A DNA stretch of 64,000 bases, from positions 731,304-795,303 of the forward strand of contig CBDHDK010000002.1 of assembly GCA_965261355.1 (NCBI GenBank), in the 5' to 3' direction. Every line of letters begins with the position of its first letter. Within the stretch, counting starts at the first letter, position 1. Positions 45,623 through 54,646 of this stretch are shown piece by piece. Below the pieces are notes generated by a model. That model searched no databases. It worked only from the letters and a program-made list of their open reading frames with translations, and had not been told where the DNA came from. The position numbers and the translations under genes were made by a program. Source of the DNA: Dehalococcoidia bacterium. GTDB taxonomy: Bacteria; Chloroflexota; Dehalococcoidia; Lucifugimonadales; UBA3495.

Positions 45623-46072
45623 TTCCCTTGTCTTGAGGAGTGTCGCCTTGGCTGCATGGAGCCTTCGACGCTCCACACCCTGTGGGCCGATGCCATGATT
45701 CGAGAGGTCAGGCTATTCGGGAATTCGCGCTCCGCTATCCGTGCCCTGCCAGGAGTTTGGGTGGCGGTCGTTTAGCGTGAAGTGCTACCAGCAGGGTATT
45801 CCAAAGAGGCAACGGGTCGATATCTCGCGGCCGCCTGCGGCCGGGTTTCCGTCTACCACAGTTGCCGTATCCAGGAGCACGAACCCTCTATTTCCCGTAT
45901 CGCGCATGACTCTGCTTTCGCTTACTCAGCATGGCATTCCGGGAAAGCAAGTCGTGAGGGGTTGAGCAGTATTGGCTTGCTCGGTGTTTCCAGATGCCGG
46001 TGTGCCGAAATCCTGGTTGCTGAAAGTTACTCCGTCGCATCCCCCAAGGCAAGCCTGCTGGAATTCGGTGAA

Positions 46073-46260
46073 TGGGGCAGTGTCGTGTGCCGAAACCGTC
46101 TCAAGACTGCCGGTGGGCCTATAACCTGTCCTTCCCGCGCAGGCAGGAACCCAAACCCCCGTCTTACCCGCACCCAGTACCGAAGGAGCCACCGTAACTC
46201 CAACCTTATTCGCCATTCCGGCCCGATTTGTGTGCTTGCAAATAAAACGCGATTGCCCTG
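46073..46260. mobile_element. MITE-like element, copy 3 (degenerate; left TIR eroded, no TSD)
   Basis: The right end is identical (aaaacgcgattgccctg, 46244-46260). The interior aligns with copy 1 (…ccttcccgcgcaggcaggaacccaaaccccc…ggcccgatttgtgtgc…) with many substitutions. Confidence 0.5.
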
Positions 46261-46306
46261 CCTTCCCCCAAACCCCCGTGTCTCCGCCCACACCCTGCGC
46301 TATCAT

Positions 46307-46357
46307 GTAACCCAAATTCGCACGTAACCCAAATTCGCACGTAACCCAAATTCGCAC
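46307..46357 (+). repeat. perfect 3 x 17-bp tandem repeat ending at the RBS of the next gene
   Basis: gtaacccaaattcgcac x3 (46307-46323, 46324-46340, 46341-46357), followed directly by GGAGG (46358-46362) and the ATG at 46369. Confidence 0.9.
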
Positions 46358-46368
46358 GGAGGCTTGCT

Positions 46369-47307
46369 ATGAAGGTAGGGTTTATCGGTCTGGGAACAAT
46401 GGGGGCCAGCATGGCCTACAACTGCCTGCAGGGCGGCAACGAGATGGTCGTCCACGACATCCGGCGCGAGTCCGCCACCCAGCACCTCGAGGCGGGCGCC
46501 GTCTGGGCCGACTCGCCCCGCGCGGTGGCCGAGGCCTCGGAAATCGTGTTCACCTCGCTGCCCGGTCCCACTGAGGTCGAGGCCGTCGGCCTGGGCGAGG
46601 AAGGCATTATCGAAGGCATGAGCGAGGGCAAGGTCTACTTCGACCTCAGCACCAGCACCCCGACACTCATCCGACGCATCCACGAGCAGGCCGCCGCCCG
46701 CGGCATCCACGTGCTCGACGCGCCGGTCAGCGGCGGACCTCGCGGCGCAGCGTCCCGCAACCTGGCCATCTGGGTCGGCGGCGACAAGGACGTCTTTGAT
46801 CGCTGCAAGCCCGTCCTCGACAGCATCGGCGACAAGGCCTACTACGTCGGCCCCATCGGCTGCGGCGCCATCGCCAAGCTCGTGCACAACTGCACCGGCT
46901 ACATCGTGCAGGCGGCGCTGGCCGAGGTGTTCACCATGGGCGTGAAGGCGGGCGTCGAACCGCTGGCGCTGTGGCAGGCCGTGCGCAAGGGCGCCCAGGG
47001 CCGCCGCGGCACCTTCGAGGGCCTGGCCGAGCACCTGCTCCCCGGCAAATTCGACCCGCCCGACTTCGCCCTCCGCCTGGCCCGCAAGGACGTGGACCTC
47101 GCCGTGGGCGTAGGCCGCGAGTACGACGTACCGATGCGTCTCGCCCAGCTCACGCTGCAGGAGATGACCGAGGCCCTGAACCGCGGCTGGGGCCACCGCG
47201 ACTCCCGCGTCGCCATGCTCCTCCAGGAAGAGCGCGCCGGCGTCGAGGTCCGCGTCGACGAGGCCATACTGCAAGCCGCTTTGGATGAGGAACGCCAAGA
47301 GGGGTAG
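46369..47307 (+). CDS. NAD(P)-dependent beta-hydroxyacid dehydrogenase (3-hydroxyisobutyrate/2-hydroxy-3-oxopropionate reductase family)
   Basis: 'MKVGFIGLGTMGASMA', 'DAPVSGG', 'GAIAKLVHN'. Confidence 0.85.
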   Translation: MKVGFIGLGTMGASMAYNCLQGGNEMVVHDIRRESATQHLEAGAVWADSPRAVAEASEIVFTSLPGPTEVEAVGLGEEGIIEGMSEGKVYFDLSTSTPTLIRRIHEQAAARGIHVLDAPVSGGPRGAASRNLAIWVGGDKDVFDRCKPVLDSIGDKAYYVGPIGCGAIAKLVHNCTGYIVQAALAEVFTMGVKAGVEPLALWQAVRKGAQGRRGTFEGLAEHLLPGKFDPPDFALRLARKDVDLAVGVGREYDVPMRLAQLTLQEMTEALNRGWGHRDSRVAMLLQEERAGVEVRVDEAILQAALDEERQEG

Positions 47308-47366
47308 GGTCAGGTGTAGTAAAATCGTTGCTCTTGAATCCTCAACACACAGGCCAAGGTTGAGAT

Positions 47367-48551
47367 ATGGCGGACCGGGCAACAGGGATCAACCCCGCTA
47401 TGCTTCGCTGGGCACGTGAACAGGCCGGGTACGCGACTGTCGAATCGGTCGCGGCCCGCCTAAAACGCCCTGCGGAAGAGATTGAAGCCTGTGAGACCGG
47501 AACCAAGTACCCGACTTGGCGTCAACTGGAGCGGTTGGCGAGGGACGTTTATCACCGTCCAACCGCTCTCTTCTTCTTACCTGCTCCTCCGGACGAGCAC
47601 GTTCCCAGTGCGGAGTTTCGTCGCCTCCCAGAGGCCGCTCTCTATGACTTGGAACCAGACACGTGGTTGGCAATTCGACAGGCAAGAGCTCGCCAAATCG
47701 ATTTGGAAGAGCTGGCCCCCTTTGACGACTCATTGGAACGGCAGCTCGTTCGGGATTTAGCGGGAAGTGCTAATTCAGACGGCGCGGATAGTCTGGCGAT
47801 GGAAGCGCGGAGGTACTTGAATATTTCACTGGATGAGCAATTCGCTTGGCGATCGCTGGACGACGCTCTTGACGGTTGGCGCGATGCGGTGCAGTCAGCG
47901 GGTGTATGGGTCTTCAAGAGACACTTTAAACAGGGAGACGTGGCAGGCTTCTGTCTTTATGATGCCCAGCACCCTTTGGTGTATTTGAATAATAGTCAAT
48001 CGAAGGCGCGCCAAATTTTTACCCTATTTCACGAGATGGCCCATTTGCTTTTTGAATTCAATTATCTGGAGAGGTCAGATATTGGGCACTACGTGAATTC
48101 ACTCAATGGCCAAGACAGAGAAATCGAAATTGCATGCAATAGATTTGCTGGTGAATTCCTAGTGCCTACCACCCACTTCCAAACGTTTGCGGCCCCCGTC
48201 GTCCGTTCGGGGATAACAGACGACGTCCTGACCCTTCTTGCACGGACGTACGGGGTGAGTCGTGAAGTCGCTCTAAGGAAATGCCTGAATCAAGACTGGA
48301 TTGATCAGAATTTCTACGACGAGAAAGTGCAAGAATGGAAAGGACAGGTGTCAGAACGGATTGAGTCAGGGGGAGGCAACTATTACTCAAATCAAGGTAC
48401 TTATCTCGGAGCCAAATACACGACCTTAGCCTTCCGGGGCTTTTATCAGGGTGCCTACGATGTTGATCAGCTTTCCGAATACCTCGATGTTAAGGCATCC
48501 AATATCGGAGGCATTGAAAGCTGGCTCAACCAAAGGCTAGCTCATACATGA
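47367..48551 (+). CDS. XRE-type HTH fused to an ImmA/IrrE (COG2856) zinc metallopeptidase domain
   Basis: N-terminal 'LRWAREQAGYATVESVAARL...TWRQLERLARDVY'. 'FTLFHEMAHLLFE' is the HEXXH motif. 394 aa. Confidence 0.8.
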   Translation: MADRATGINPAMLRWAREQAGYATVESVAARLKRPAEEIEACETGTKYPTWRQLERLARDVYHRPTALFFLPAPPDEHVPSAEFRRLPEAALYDLEPDTWLAIRQARARQIDLEELAPFDDSLERQLVRDLAGSANSDGADSLAMEARRYLNISLDEQFAWRSLDDALDGWRDAVQSAGVWVFKRHFKQGDVAGFCLYDAQHPLVYLNNSQSKARQIFTLFHEMAHLLFEFNYLERSDIGHYVNSLNGQDREIEIACNRFAGEFLVPTTHFQTFAAPVVRSGITDDVLTLLARTYGVSREVALRKCLNQDWIDQNFYDEKVQEWKGQVSERIESGGGNYYSNQGTYLGAKYTTLAFRGFYQGAYDVDQLSEYLDVKASNIGGIESWLNQRLAHT

Positions 48552-49026
48552 CCGATTACTCATTTGACACGAGTACTCTCAGTTTAATCTACCGCTTCTA
48601 TTTCAAGGACCGATTTCCCAGTTTTGGATCAGATTTAACGAATTAGTTATTTCTGGGCGAGCCAGTTCCGTAAGCGAAGTGGAGGAAGAGCTAAGCAGAG
48701 GTTTAGGCCTGATCTCTGCAGTCCAAGACTTAAAGCAACTGAATAATCATTTCTTTGCACATCCGTCGTCAGACGAGCAGTCCTTCGTGGCCCAAATTTT
48801 CGGAATCCCGCACTTTCGGAACTTGCTTAGTGCCAAGGCGATAGCCAAAGGTACCCCAGTGGCAGATCCTTTTGTGATTGCCAAGGCGGCGTCAATGGGG
48901 ATATCTGTTGTCACAGAGGAAGTTCGCCGGCCCAATGCAGCAAGGATCCCAAACGTATGTGACCACTTTGGAATCGATTGCATCAATCTACAGAAATTGA
49001 TGCAACGCGAGGGCTGGCTGTTCTAG
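48548..49026 (+). pseudogene. DUF4411 (PIN-like nuclease) gene, frameshifted in a T run near 48618
   Basis: The ATG overlaps the ImmA stop (ATGA). 'MTDYSFDTSTLSLIYRFYFKDRFPSF' is then out of frame. With one extra T it reads '..FPSFWIRFNELVISGRASSVSEVEEEL...' and joins ORF 48679..49026 ('..VADPFVIAKAASMGISVVTEE.....RIPNVCDHFGIDCINL'). Confidence 0.65.
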
Positions 49027-49030
49027 CCCC

Positions 49031-50494
49031 CTAACCCTCCGCCGTCCACCGCAAGTTGGGTCGCCGCGCCGCCTGTGCCTCGTCGAGGCGGGCCACTGGC
49101 GTCGTGTGCGGGGCGTTGCGGACGAGGTCGGGGTCCTCGTCAATCTCCGCGTTGATCTGCTTCAGAGCGGCCACGAAGTCGTCGATGGTCTCCTGCGTTT
49201 CCGACTCGGTGGGCTCGATCATCAGGCACTCCGGCACGATCAGCGGGAAATACATCGTCGGCGCGTGGAAACCGTAGTCCAGCAGCCGCTTGGCGATCTC
49301 CAGCCCGCCTGCGCCTCTCGCCTTCTGCCAGTCGGCCGAGAAGACAGCCTCGTGCATACAGGTGCGGTCATAGGGCAGGTGATACACGTCCCGCAGCGCG
49401 TTCATCATGTAGTTGGCGTTCAGCACCGCGTTCCCGCTGATGGAGCGGACGCCCGCCGCGCCCAGGGTGCGGATGTATGTGTATGCCCGCACCAGAACCC
49501 CGAAGTTGCCGTGGAACCCGGCCAGCTTCCCGATGCTGTGCTCCGGAGTCGTCAGCCCGTAGCCGTCCGCCTCCGACCCCGTCACCACCGGCGCAGCCAA
49601 GTACGGCGCAAGCCGCTCCGTGGCGCAGACCGGCCCGGCACCCGGCCCGCCGCCGCCGTGGGGCGTGCTGAAGGTCTTGTGCAGGTTCAGGTGGCACACG
49701 TCGAAGCCCAGGTCCCCCAGCTTCACCCGACCCAGCAGCGCGTTCATGTTCGCGCCGTCGCCGTAGACCAGCCCGCCCGCCTCGTGGACGATGCGGCAGA
49801 CCTCGACGATGTTGGTGTCGAACAGCCCCAGCGTGCTGGGCAGCGTTATCATCACGCCCGCCAGGCTCTCGTCGGCTACGTCGTGCAGCGCCTCCAGGTC
49901 GACGTTGCCCTGGCTGTCCGATGCCAGCTCCACCACTTGGAACCCGGCCATCGCCGCCGACGCCGGATTGGTGCCGTGGGCGCTGTCGGGGATGGCGACC
50001 TTCGTCCGCCCGGTCTGGCCCTGGGCTTGCAGGTAAGCCTTGATCATCAGCATTCCGGCCAGTTCGCCGTGGGCGCCGGCCAGCGTGGCGAGGCTGACCG
50101 CGGGCAGGCCGGTGATCTCGGCGAGGAAGCCCTGCAGCCGGTGCAGCAGTTCCAGCGCTCCCTGCGACTGCTCGGCGGGCTGCATCGGGTGAATGCCGGC
50201 GAAACCGGGCAGGAAGGCGGTCTCGTCGTTGATCTTGGGGTTGTACTTCATGGTACAGCTGCCCAGCGGGTAGAAGTGCGTGTCGATGGAGAAGTTGCGC
50301 TGGCTAAGGCCGGTGAAGTACTGCACCACCTCCGGCTCGGAAATCTCCGGCAGCGGCAGGTCGTCGCGCAGCAGCGCAGCGTCGGGCATGGGCTGCGGCG
50401 GCACGTCGGACGCGGGCAGGACGGATCCCGCTCGGCCCGGCACGCTTCGCTCCATCAGCAGTTTCGATGTATCGCGGTTTCCGCCTTGACGCAT
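49031..50494 (-). CDS. gcvPB: glycine dehydrogenase (aminomethyl-transferring) subunit 2
   Basis: 487 aa. 'FYPLGSCTMKYNP', 'HLNLHKTFSTPHGGGGPG' (PLP lysine region). Confidence 0.95.
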   Translation of the reverse strand: MRQGGNRDTSKLLMERSVPGRAGSVLPASDVPPQPMPDAALLRDDLPLPEISEPEVVQYFTGLSQRNFSIDTHFYPLGSCTMKYNPKINDETAFLPGFAGIHPMQPAEQSQGALELLHRLQGFLAEITGLPAVSLATLAGAHGELAGMLMIKAYLQAQGQTGRTKVAIPDSAHGTNPASAAMAGFQVVELASDSQGNVDLEALHDVADESLAGVMITLPSTLGLFDTNIVEVCRIVHEAGGLVYGDGANMNALLGRVKLGDLGFDVCHLNLHKTFSTPHGGGGPGAGPVCATERLAPYLAAPVVTGSEADGYGLTTPEHSIGKLAGFHGNFGVLVRAYTYIRTLGAAGVRSISGNAVLNANYMMNALRDVYHLPYDRTCMHEAVFSADWQKARGAGGLEIAKRLLDYGFHAPTMYFPLIVPECLMIEPTESETQETIDDFVAALKQINAEIDEDPDLVRNAPHTTPVARLDEAQAARRPNLRWTAEG

Positions 50495-50507
50495 CGGTCG
50501 GTTTCTC

Positions 50508-51851
50508 CTAGTTGGACGACAGCGCAGCGGCCAGCTGATCGATGTCGTCCTTCGTGTTCATCTCGGTCACGCATAGCAGCATCCCGTTGGGGTAGCGGTC
50601 GCTGACGTCCAGCCCGCCCAGGATGTTGCGCTCCATTAGCCGCCGGTTGATTTCGGCGGGAGGCTCCGGGCACTGCGCCACGAACTCGCGGAAGAAAGGG
50701 CCGTTGTTGGCCACCGAGTACCCCGGCAGGGCGGCAATCTGCGATGCGGCGTACTGCGACTTCTGGTAGCACAACTCGGCCACCTGCCGCAGGCCCGTCT
50801 TGCCCAGCGCGGCTAGATAGATGGTCGAGGCCAGGGCGTACAGGGCCTCGTTGGTGCAGATGTTGGACGTCGCCCGCTCTCGCCGGATGTGCTGTTCCCG
50901 CGTCTGCAGCGTCAGTACGTATCCCGTCTCGCCGTTGCGGTCCACGGTGCGGCCCGACAGGCGGCTGGGCATCTGTCGGATGTATTCCTGCTTCGTGGCG
51001 AACAGCCCCACGTAGGGCCCGCCGTAGCTGGGCGGAATCCCCAGCGGTTGCCCCTCGCCGGTGACGATGTCGGCTCCGTAATGGCCCGGCGGCTGGAACA
51101 TTCCCACGGCGATGGGGTCGCAGGACACCACCGACAGCGCGCCGACGTTGTGTGCCGTGTCCACCTGCGCGCCCAGGTCCTCTATGCCGCCGTAGAAGTT
51201 GGGGTATTGCGTGACCAGGCAGGCGGTGGCGTCGTTCACGCCCGATGGGGCGTCGCTGACGATCGCGACCTCGAGACTCTGCGGACGGCAGTAGGCCTCG
51301 ATGACCGCCCGGTAGGCGGGCGACACGGTGTCCAGCACCGCCACGCGTTCGCGGCGGGTGACGCGGCAGGCCATCAGCGCGGCCTCGGCCAGGCTGGTGG
51401 CCCCCTCGTACATGCCGGCGTTGGCCACCTCCATGCCGTACAGGTTGCAGATCAGGGTCTGGAACTCGTAGATGACCTGCAGCGTGCCCTGGCTGGCCTC
51501 GGCCTGGTAGGGAGTGTAGGCGGTGATGAACTCGCCGCGGGTCACCAGCGACTTGACGATGGCTGGTATGAAGTGGTGATAGGAGCCGGCCCCCAGGAAG
51601 GACGGTCCGCTGCCCAGCGGGCGATTGCGTCCTGCCAGCGCGCCCAGCTCCCGCTGTATCTCCAGTTCCGGCAGCGGGTCGGGCAATCGCAGCGGGGGAT
51701 TGCGGTGCTCAGCGGGGATGTCGGCGAAGAGATCGTCGATGGAGGATACACCCAGGGAGGCCAGCATTCCGGCCTGTTCGTCCGGAGTGTTCGGGATGTA
51801 GTGGGACTGGAAATGGCCGTTGCCATTGCTGATGGCGCCGCCGCTGCTCAT
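50508..51851 (-). CDS. gcvPA: glycine dehydrogenase (aminomethyl-transferring) subunit 1
   Basis: 447 aa. 'FLGAGSYHHFIP', 'TAYTPYQAEASQGTLQ'. Confidence 0.95.
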   Translation of the reverse strand: MSSGGAISNGNGHFQSHYIPNTPDEQAGMLASLGVSSIDDLFADIPAEHRNPPLRLPDPLPELEIQRELGALAGRNRPLGSGPSFLGAGSYHHFIPAIVKSLVTRGEFITAYTPYQAEASQGTLQVIYEFQTLICNLYGMEVANAGMYEGATSLAEAALMACRVTRRERVAVLDTVSPAYRAVIEAYCRPQSLEVAIVSDAPSGVNDATACLVTQYPNFYGGIEDLGAQVDTAHNVGALSVVSCDPIAVGMFQPPGHYGADIVTGEGQPLGIPPSYGGPYVGLFATKQEYIRQMPSRLSGRTVDRNGETGYVLTLQTREQHIRRERATSNICTNEALYALASTIYLAALGKTGLRQVAELCYQKSQYAASQIAALPGYSVANNGPFFREFVAQCPEPPAEINRRLMERNILGGLDVSDRYPNGMLLCVTEMNTKDDIDQLAAALSSN

Positions 51852-52243
51852 CAGTGCAGCCCGGCAATGTAGGCGTCGTATTCCTCCGCCGACATCAGCG
51901 TATCCAGTTCCGCCGGGTCGGACATGGTGACGCGGAGCAGCCAGCCCTCGCCGAAGGGGTCGGTGTTGGTCAACTCCGGCCGGTCGACCAGGGCGGCATT
52001 GACCTCGACCACCTCGCCGCTGACCGGCGAGAACAGGTCGGATACGGCTTTGACCGATTCAACTTCGCCCATTTTGCCAAAGTGCGTGATGGCGTCGCCA
52101 ACCTTGGGCAGTTCGAAGTAAACAATGTCGCCCAACTGGTCCTGGGCGTAGTCGGTAATGCCGACCAGCGCGCGCTGAGCGTCGGCATCCTCGACGATAA
52201 TCCACTCGTGTTCCTGCGTGTAGCTGCGGTTGCTGGGATTCAT
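51851..52243 (-). CDS. gcvH: glycine cleavage system H protein
   Basis: Internal ATG (MNPSNRSYTQEHEWI). 'VESVKAVSDLFSPVSGEV' is the lipoyl-lysine motif. 1-nt overlap with the gcvPA start. Confidence 0.9.
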   Translation of the reverse strand: MNPSNRSYTQEHEWIIVEDADAQRALVGITDYAQDQLGDIVYFELPKVGDAITHFGKMGEVESVKAVSDLFSPVSGEVVEVNAALVDRPELTNTDPFGEGWLLRVTMSDPAELDTLMSAEEYDAYIAGLH

Positions 52244-52291
52244 CTGGAATCTACTGCTCCTTGCGCCAGCCCCCGCAGAGCGCAAGACGCG

Positions 52292-53413
52292 TTACGTGGA
52301 CGCTCTGGCTCTGGTTGAACGGGGACGGCGATAGTGAGGAAGAGTGGTGACGGTGATCTCTTCGACGAGACCCCGTTTGTCCATTTCGAGGATGGTTCCC
52401 GGACGTGAATATTCGGAAAAAACGTAGCCCATACCCAGGCTGGTGTCAAGAGTGGGCGAATAGCAGCCGCTGGTCACCTGGCCCGCCGGGAAGCCTAGGA
52501 CGGACAGGGCATAATTGGCTCGGGGCGCGGACCGGCCCGGCAGTTGAAGACCAACGAGGGTGAACTGGGTGCCGTGATATTGCTGGTCAAGGAGTCTTTC
52601 GCGCCCGACGAATTCCTTCTCGAAATCGATGAATCGCTCCAGGCCAGCTTCCACCGGCGTGGTTGCCTCGTCCAGCTCGTGCCCGTGCAGGGGCAGCCCC
52701 GCCTCGGTCCGCAGCACGTCCCGCGCTCCCAGCCCGCAGGGGACGGCCCCGGCGTCGGTCAGCGCCTCCCAGATGGCGGGGGCGGCTGCGGCTGGCGCCA
52801 TCACCTCGACGCCGTCCTCGCCGGTGTAGCCCGTGCGCCCCACCAGCACTGTCGCGCCGCACATTTTCGTTTCCGTCCACGCGAAGGAGCGCAGGCCGGG
52901 CAACCCGTCTTCGGCCAGCTCCCGGGTCATGCCAAGGGCGGCGGGCCCCTGGCAGGCCAGCAGCGAGGTCTGCATCGTCTGGTCGTCTATGGTCACGCCG
53001 CCATTGAATCGCTGCCCGACTACGAGGCTGAACCAGTCGAGTACCCGGTGCCGGTTGCCTGCGTTGGGAATGATCAGGTAGTGATCTTCATCCAGCCGGT
53101 AGAAGATGGTGTCGTCGATGACGCCGCCGCGATCGTTGCAGATCATGCAGTAGCGGGCGCGCCCCACCGCCAGGTTCGCCGCCGACCCGGTCAGCACCCA
53201 GTCGAGGAATTCTGTGGCCGACTTCCCGCTGATGTATGCCCGCCCCATGTGCGAGACGTCGAAAATCCCGGCGCCAGTTCGCACCGCCCGCACTTCGGCG
53301 ATGATTCCCGACGGGTACTGCACCGGCATATCCCAGCCGCCGAAGGGCACCATCCGCCCGCCGGCGGCAACGTGAACGTCATAAAGCGAAGTACGAAGGT
53401 TAGCTGAGTCCAT
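52292..53413 (-). CDS. gcvT: aminomethyltransferase (glycine cleavage T protein)
   Basis: Start chosen at ATG 53413 (GAGG 9 nt upstream). 'LRTSLYDVHVAAGGRMVPFGGWDMPVQY'. Overlaps the 3' end of the upstream nuclease-like gene by 14 nt. Confidence 0.9.
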   Translation of the reverse strand: MDSANLRTSLYDVHVAAGGRMVPFGGWDMPVQYPSGIIAEVRAVRTGAGIFDVSHMGRAYISGKSATEFLDWVLTGSAANLAVGRARYCMICNDRGGVIDDTIFYRLDEDHYLIIPNAGNRHRVLDWFSLVVGQRFNGGVTIDDQTMQTSLLACQGPAALGMTRELAEDGLPGLRSFAWTETKMCGATVLVGRTGYTGEDGVEVMAPAAAAPAIWEALTDAGAVPCGLGARDVLRTEAGLPLHGHELDEATTPVEAGLERFIDFEKEFVGRERLLDQQYHGTQFTLVGLQLPGRSAPRANYALSVLGFPAGQVTSGCYSPTLDTSLGMGYVFSEYSRPGTILEMDKRGLVEEITVTTLPHYRRPRSTRARAST

Positions 53414-54542
53414 GTTGCTCATCCTCACCGTCCAGGAGGGCTTCATTTGCTTCAAAGACGGACTTGGCGACAGCGGTAAGTTTTTCTTTGTAGGTTTCCC
53501 AGTCACTCATGGACTTCATCATAAACTTGACTTCTAAGACGCCTGCTTCCTTTGCAGGGTCGTTCGGAGGGTATGTGATGTATGGGATTTCCTTACGAAG
53601 CTGCGTGAATTTTTCAAGGCACAATTGAAGTGCAGAAGGGAAGAAAATTACTTCAACGCATTGACCCCACGGATGAAGTCCCCGGGGACTGAGTTGAACC
53701 GCTGCTACTTGCATTCTTCCTCTTGGCCGTCGAAGGGAGAAATTTATGCGATATAGGGCCCAGTCACTAGCCGATCTGGAAGCCCTTTCGCGAAAGTTGG
53801 CGAATGTTTCCCGAAACATTTGGCGGATTGCATTCCAAACGAGATAGCCTTCTTCCCATTGGTCTTCGGATTGTTTAATCCTGTTTTCGACTCTTTCGAT
53901 AAGTTCTCTCTGAGGAGGTCGAGACCTCAGAGTTCGAGAACCAGAAGCGGCCGCCATTTCAGGCTTCACTTGCATCTGACGGGCCAACAGCATTCGCCCA
54001 GATTCGTTAAATCCGTGGAAAGTTAGCAGCGATATGTCTATACCGCCAGCAGCCAGGAAATGGGCCATTCGCGCAGTGCGTTCGTCCACGCCCAGCCCGA
54101 CCAGCACCATGCGCACCGGTCTCAGTGCGCTCAATCCCTGACCTCCTGACTTGGCGTCGTGCCACTCCTCAAAGTTCTCGATCTTTTCCGATCCGCGAGA
54201 GCCTGAACGTTGGGATATGTAACTGGCTAGCTCCTGGTCTTGCATGGTTTCCAGGTAGGAAGCGTAGTCAATTACTTGTGCTATCGCCTCACGGGACAAA
54301 GCGCCTCGCTTCAACTCGAACACCACAAGCCGCCCATCTTCATCAACGCCCAGCAAGTCCAGCGGCCCCCCCTCGGTAGGGGACTGTCGTCCTACCAGCG
54401 TGAGACCTTCCATCAACAGGTTAGGGTTGTTTACCAGCGTGTCTTCCAACAGCCGCTCAGACTCCATCTGATGCGCCGTTTCCAGGGGAGTCGCACCGCC
54501 GGAGCCATCGGTCGCCCAAATCTTTATTTCGTCAGAAGCCAA
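53400..54542 (-). CDS. NucS/DUF91-like PD-(D/E)XK nuclease-domain protein with an uncharacterised C-terminal half
   Basis: 380 aa in a lower-GC islet. 'ESERLLEDTLVNNPNLLMEGLTLVGRQSPTEGGPLDLLGVDEDGRLVVFELKRGALSREAIAQVIDYASYL' matches the NucS C-terminal (D..ExK) pattern. Confidence 0.55.
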   Translation of the reverse strand: MASDEIKIWATDGSGGATPLETAHQMESERLLEDTLVNNPNLLMEGLTLVGRQSPTEGGPLDLLGVDEDGRLVVFELKRGALSREAIAQVIDYASYLETMQDQELASYISQRSGSRGSEKIENFEEWHDAKSGGQGLSALRPVRMVLVGLGVDERTARMAHFLAAGGIDISLLTFHGFNESGRMLLARQMQVKPEMAAASGSRTLRSRPPQRELIERVENRIKQSEDQWEEGYLVWNAIRQMFRETFANFRERASRSASDWALYRINFSLRRPRGRMQVAAVQLSPRGLHPWGQCVEVIFFPSALQLCLEKFTQLRKEIPYITYPPNDPAKEAGVLEVKFMMKSMSDWETYKEKLTAVAKSVFEANEALLDGEDEQHGLS

Positions 54543-54646
54543 TGCTCTCGCCCTTGTTTGCCGAATCCGTCACTTTGATGATAAACAACCCGCCCCATCG
54601 CCGCAACCGACCCCGGATTAACACACCGTGCGGAGAGCTAAACGCC

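Noticed and set aside
46307-46357. CRISPR array
   Set aside because: The repeats are directly tandem with no spacers, and the unit is only 17 bp. No cas genes and no other repeat-spacer structure occur anywhere in the window.
54543-54646. Glycine riboswitch upstream of the gcv operon
   Set aside because: The conserved cores (GGAGAG…CACCGAAGGGGCAA / CUCAGGCAAAAGGAC-like) were not found here or immediately before gcvT. The only 'accgaagg' string in the window (about 46170) is inside degenerate MITE copy 3.
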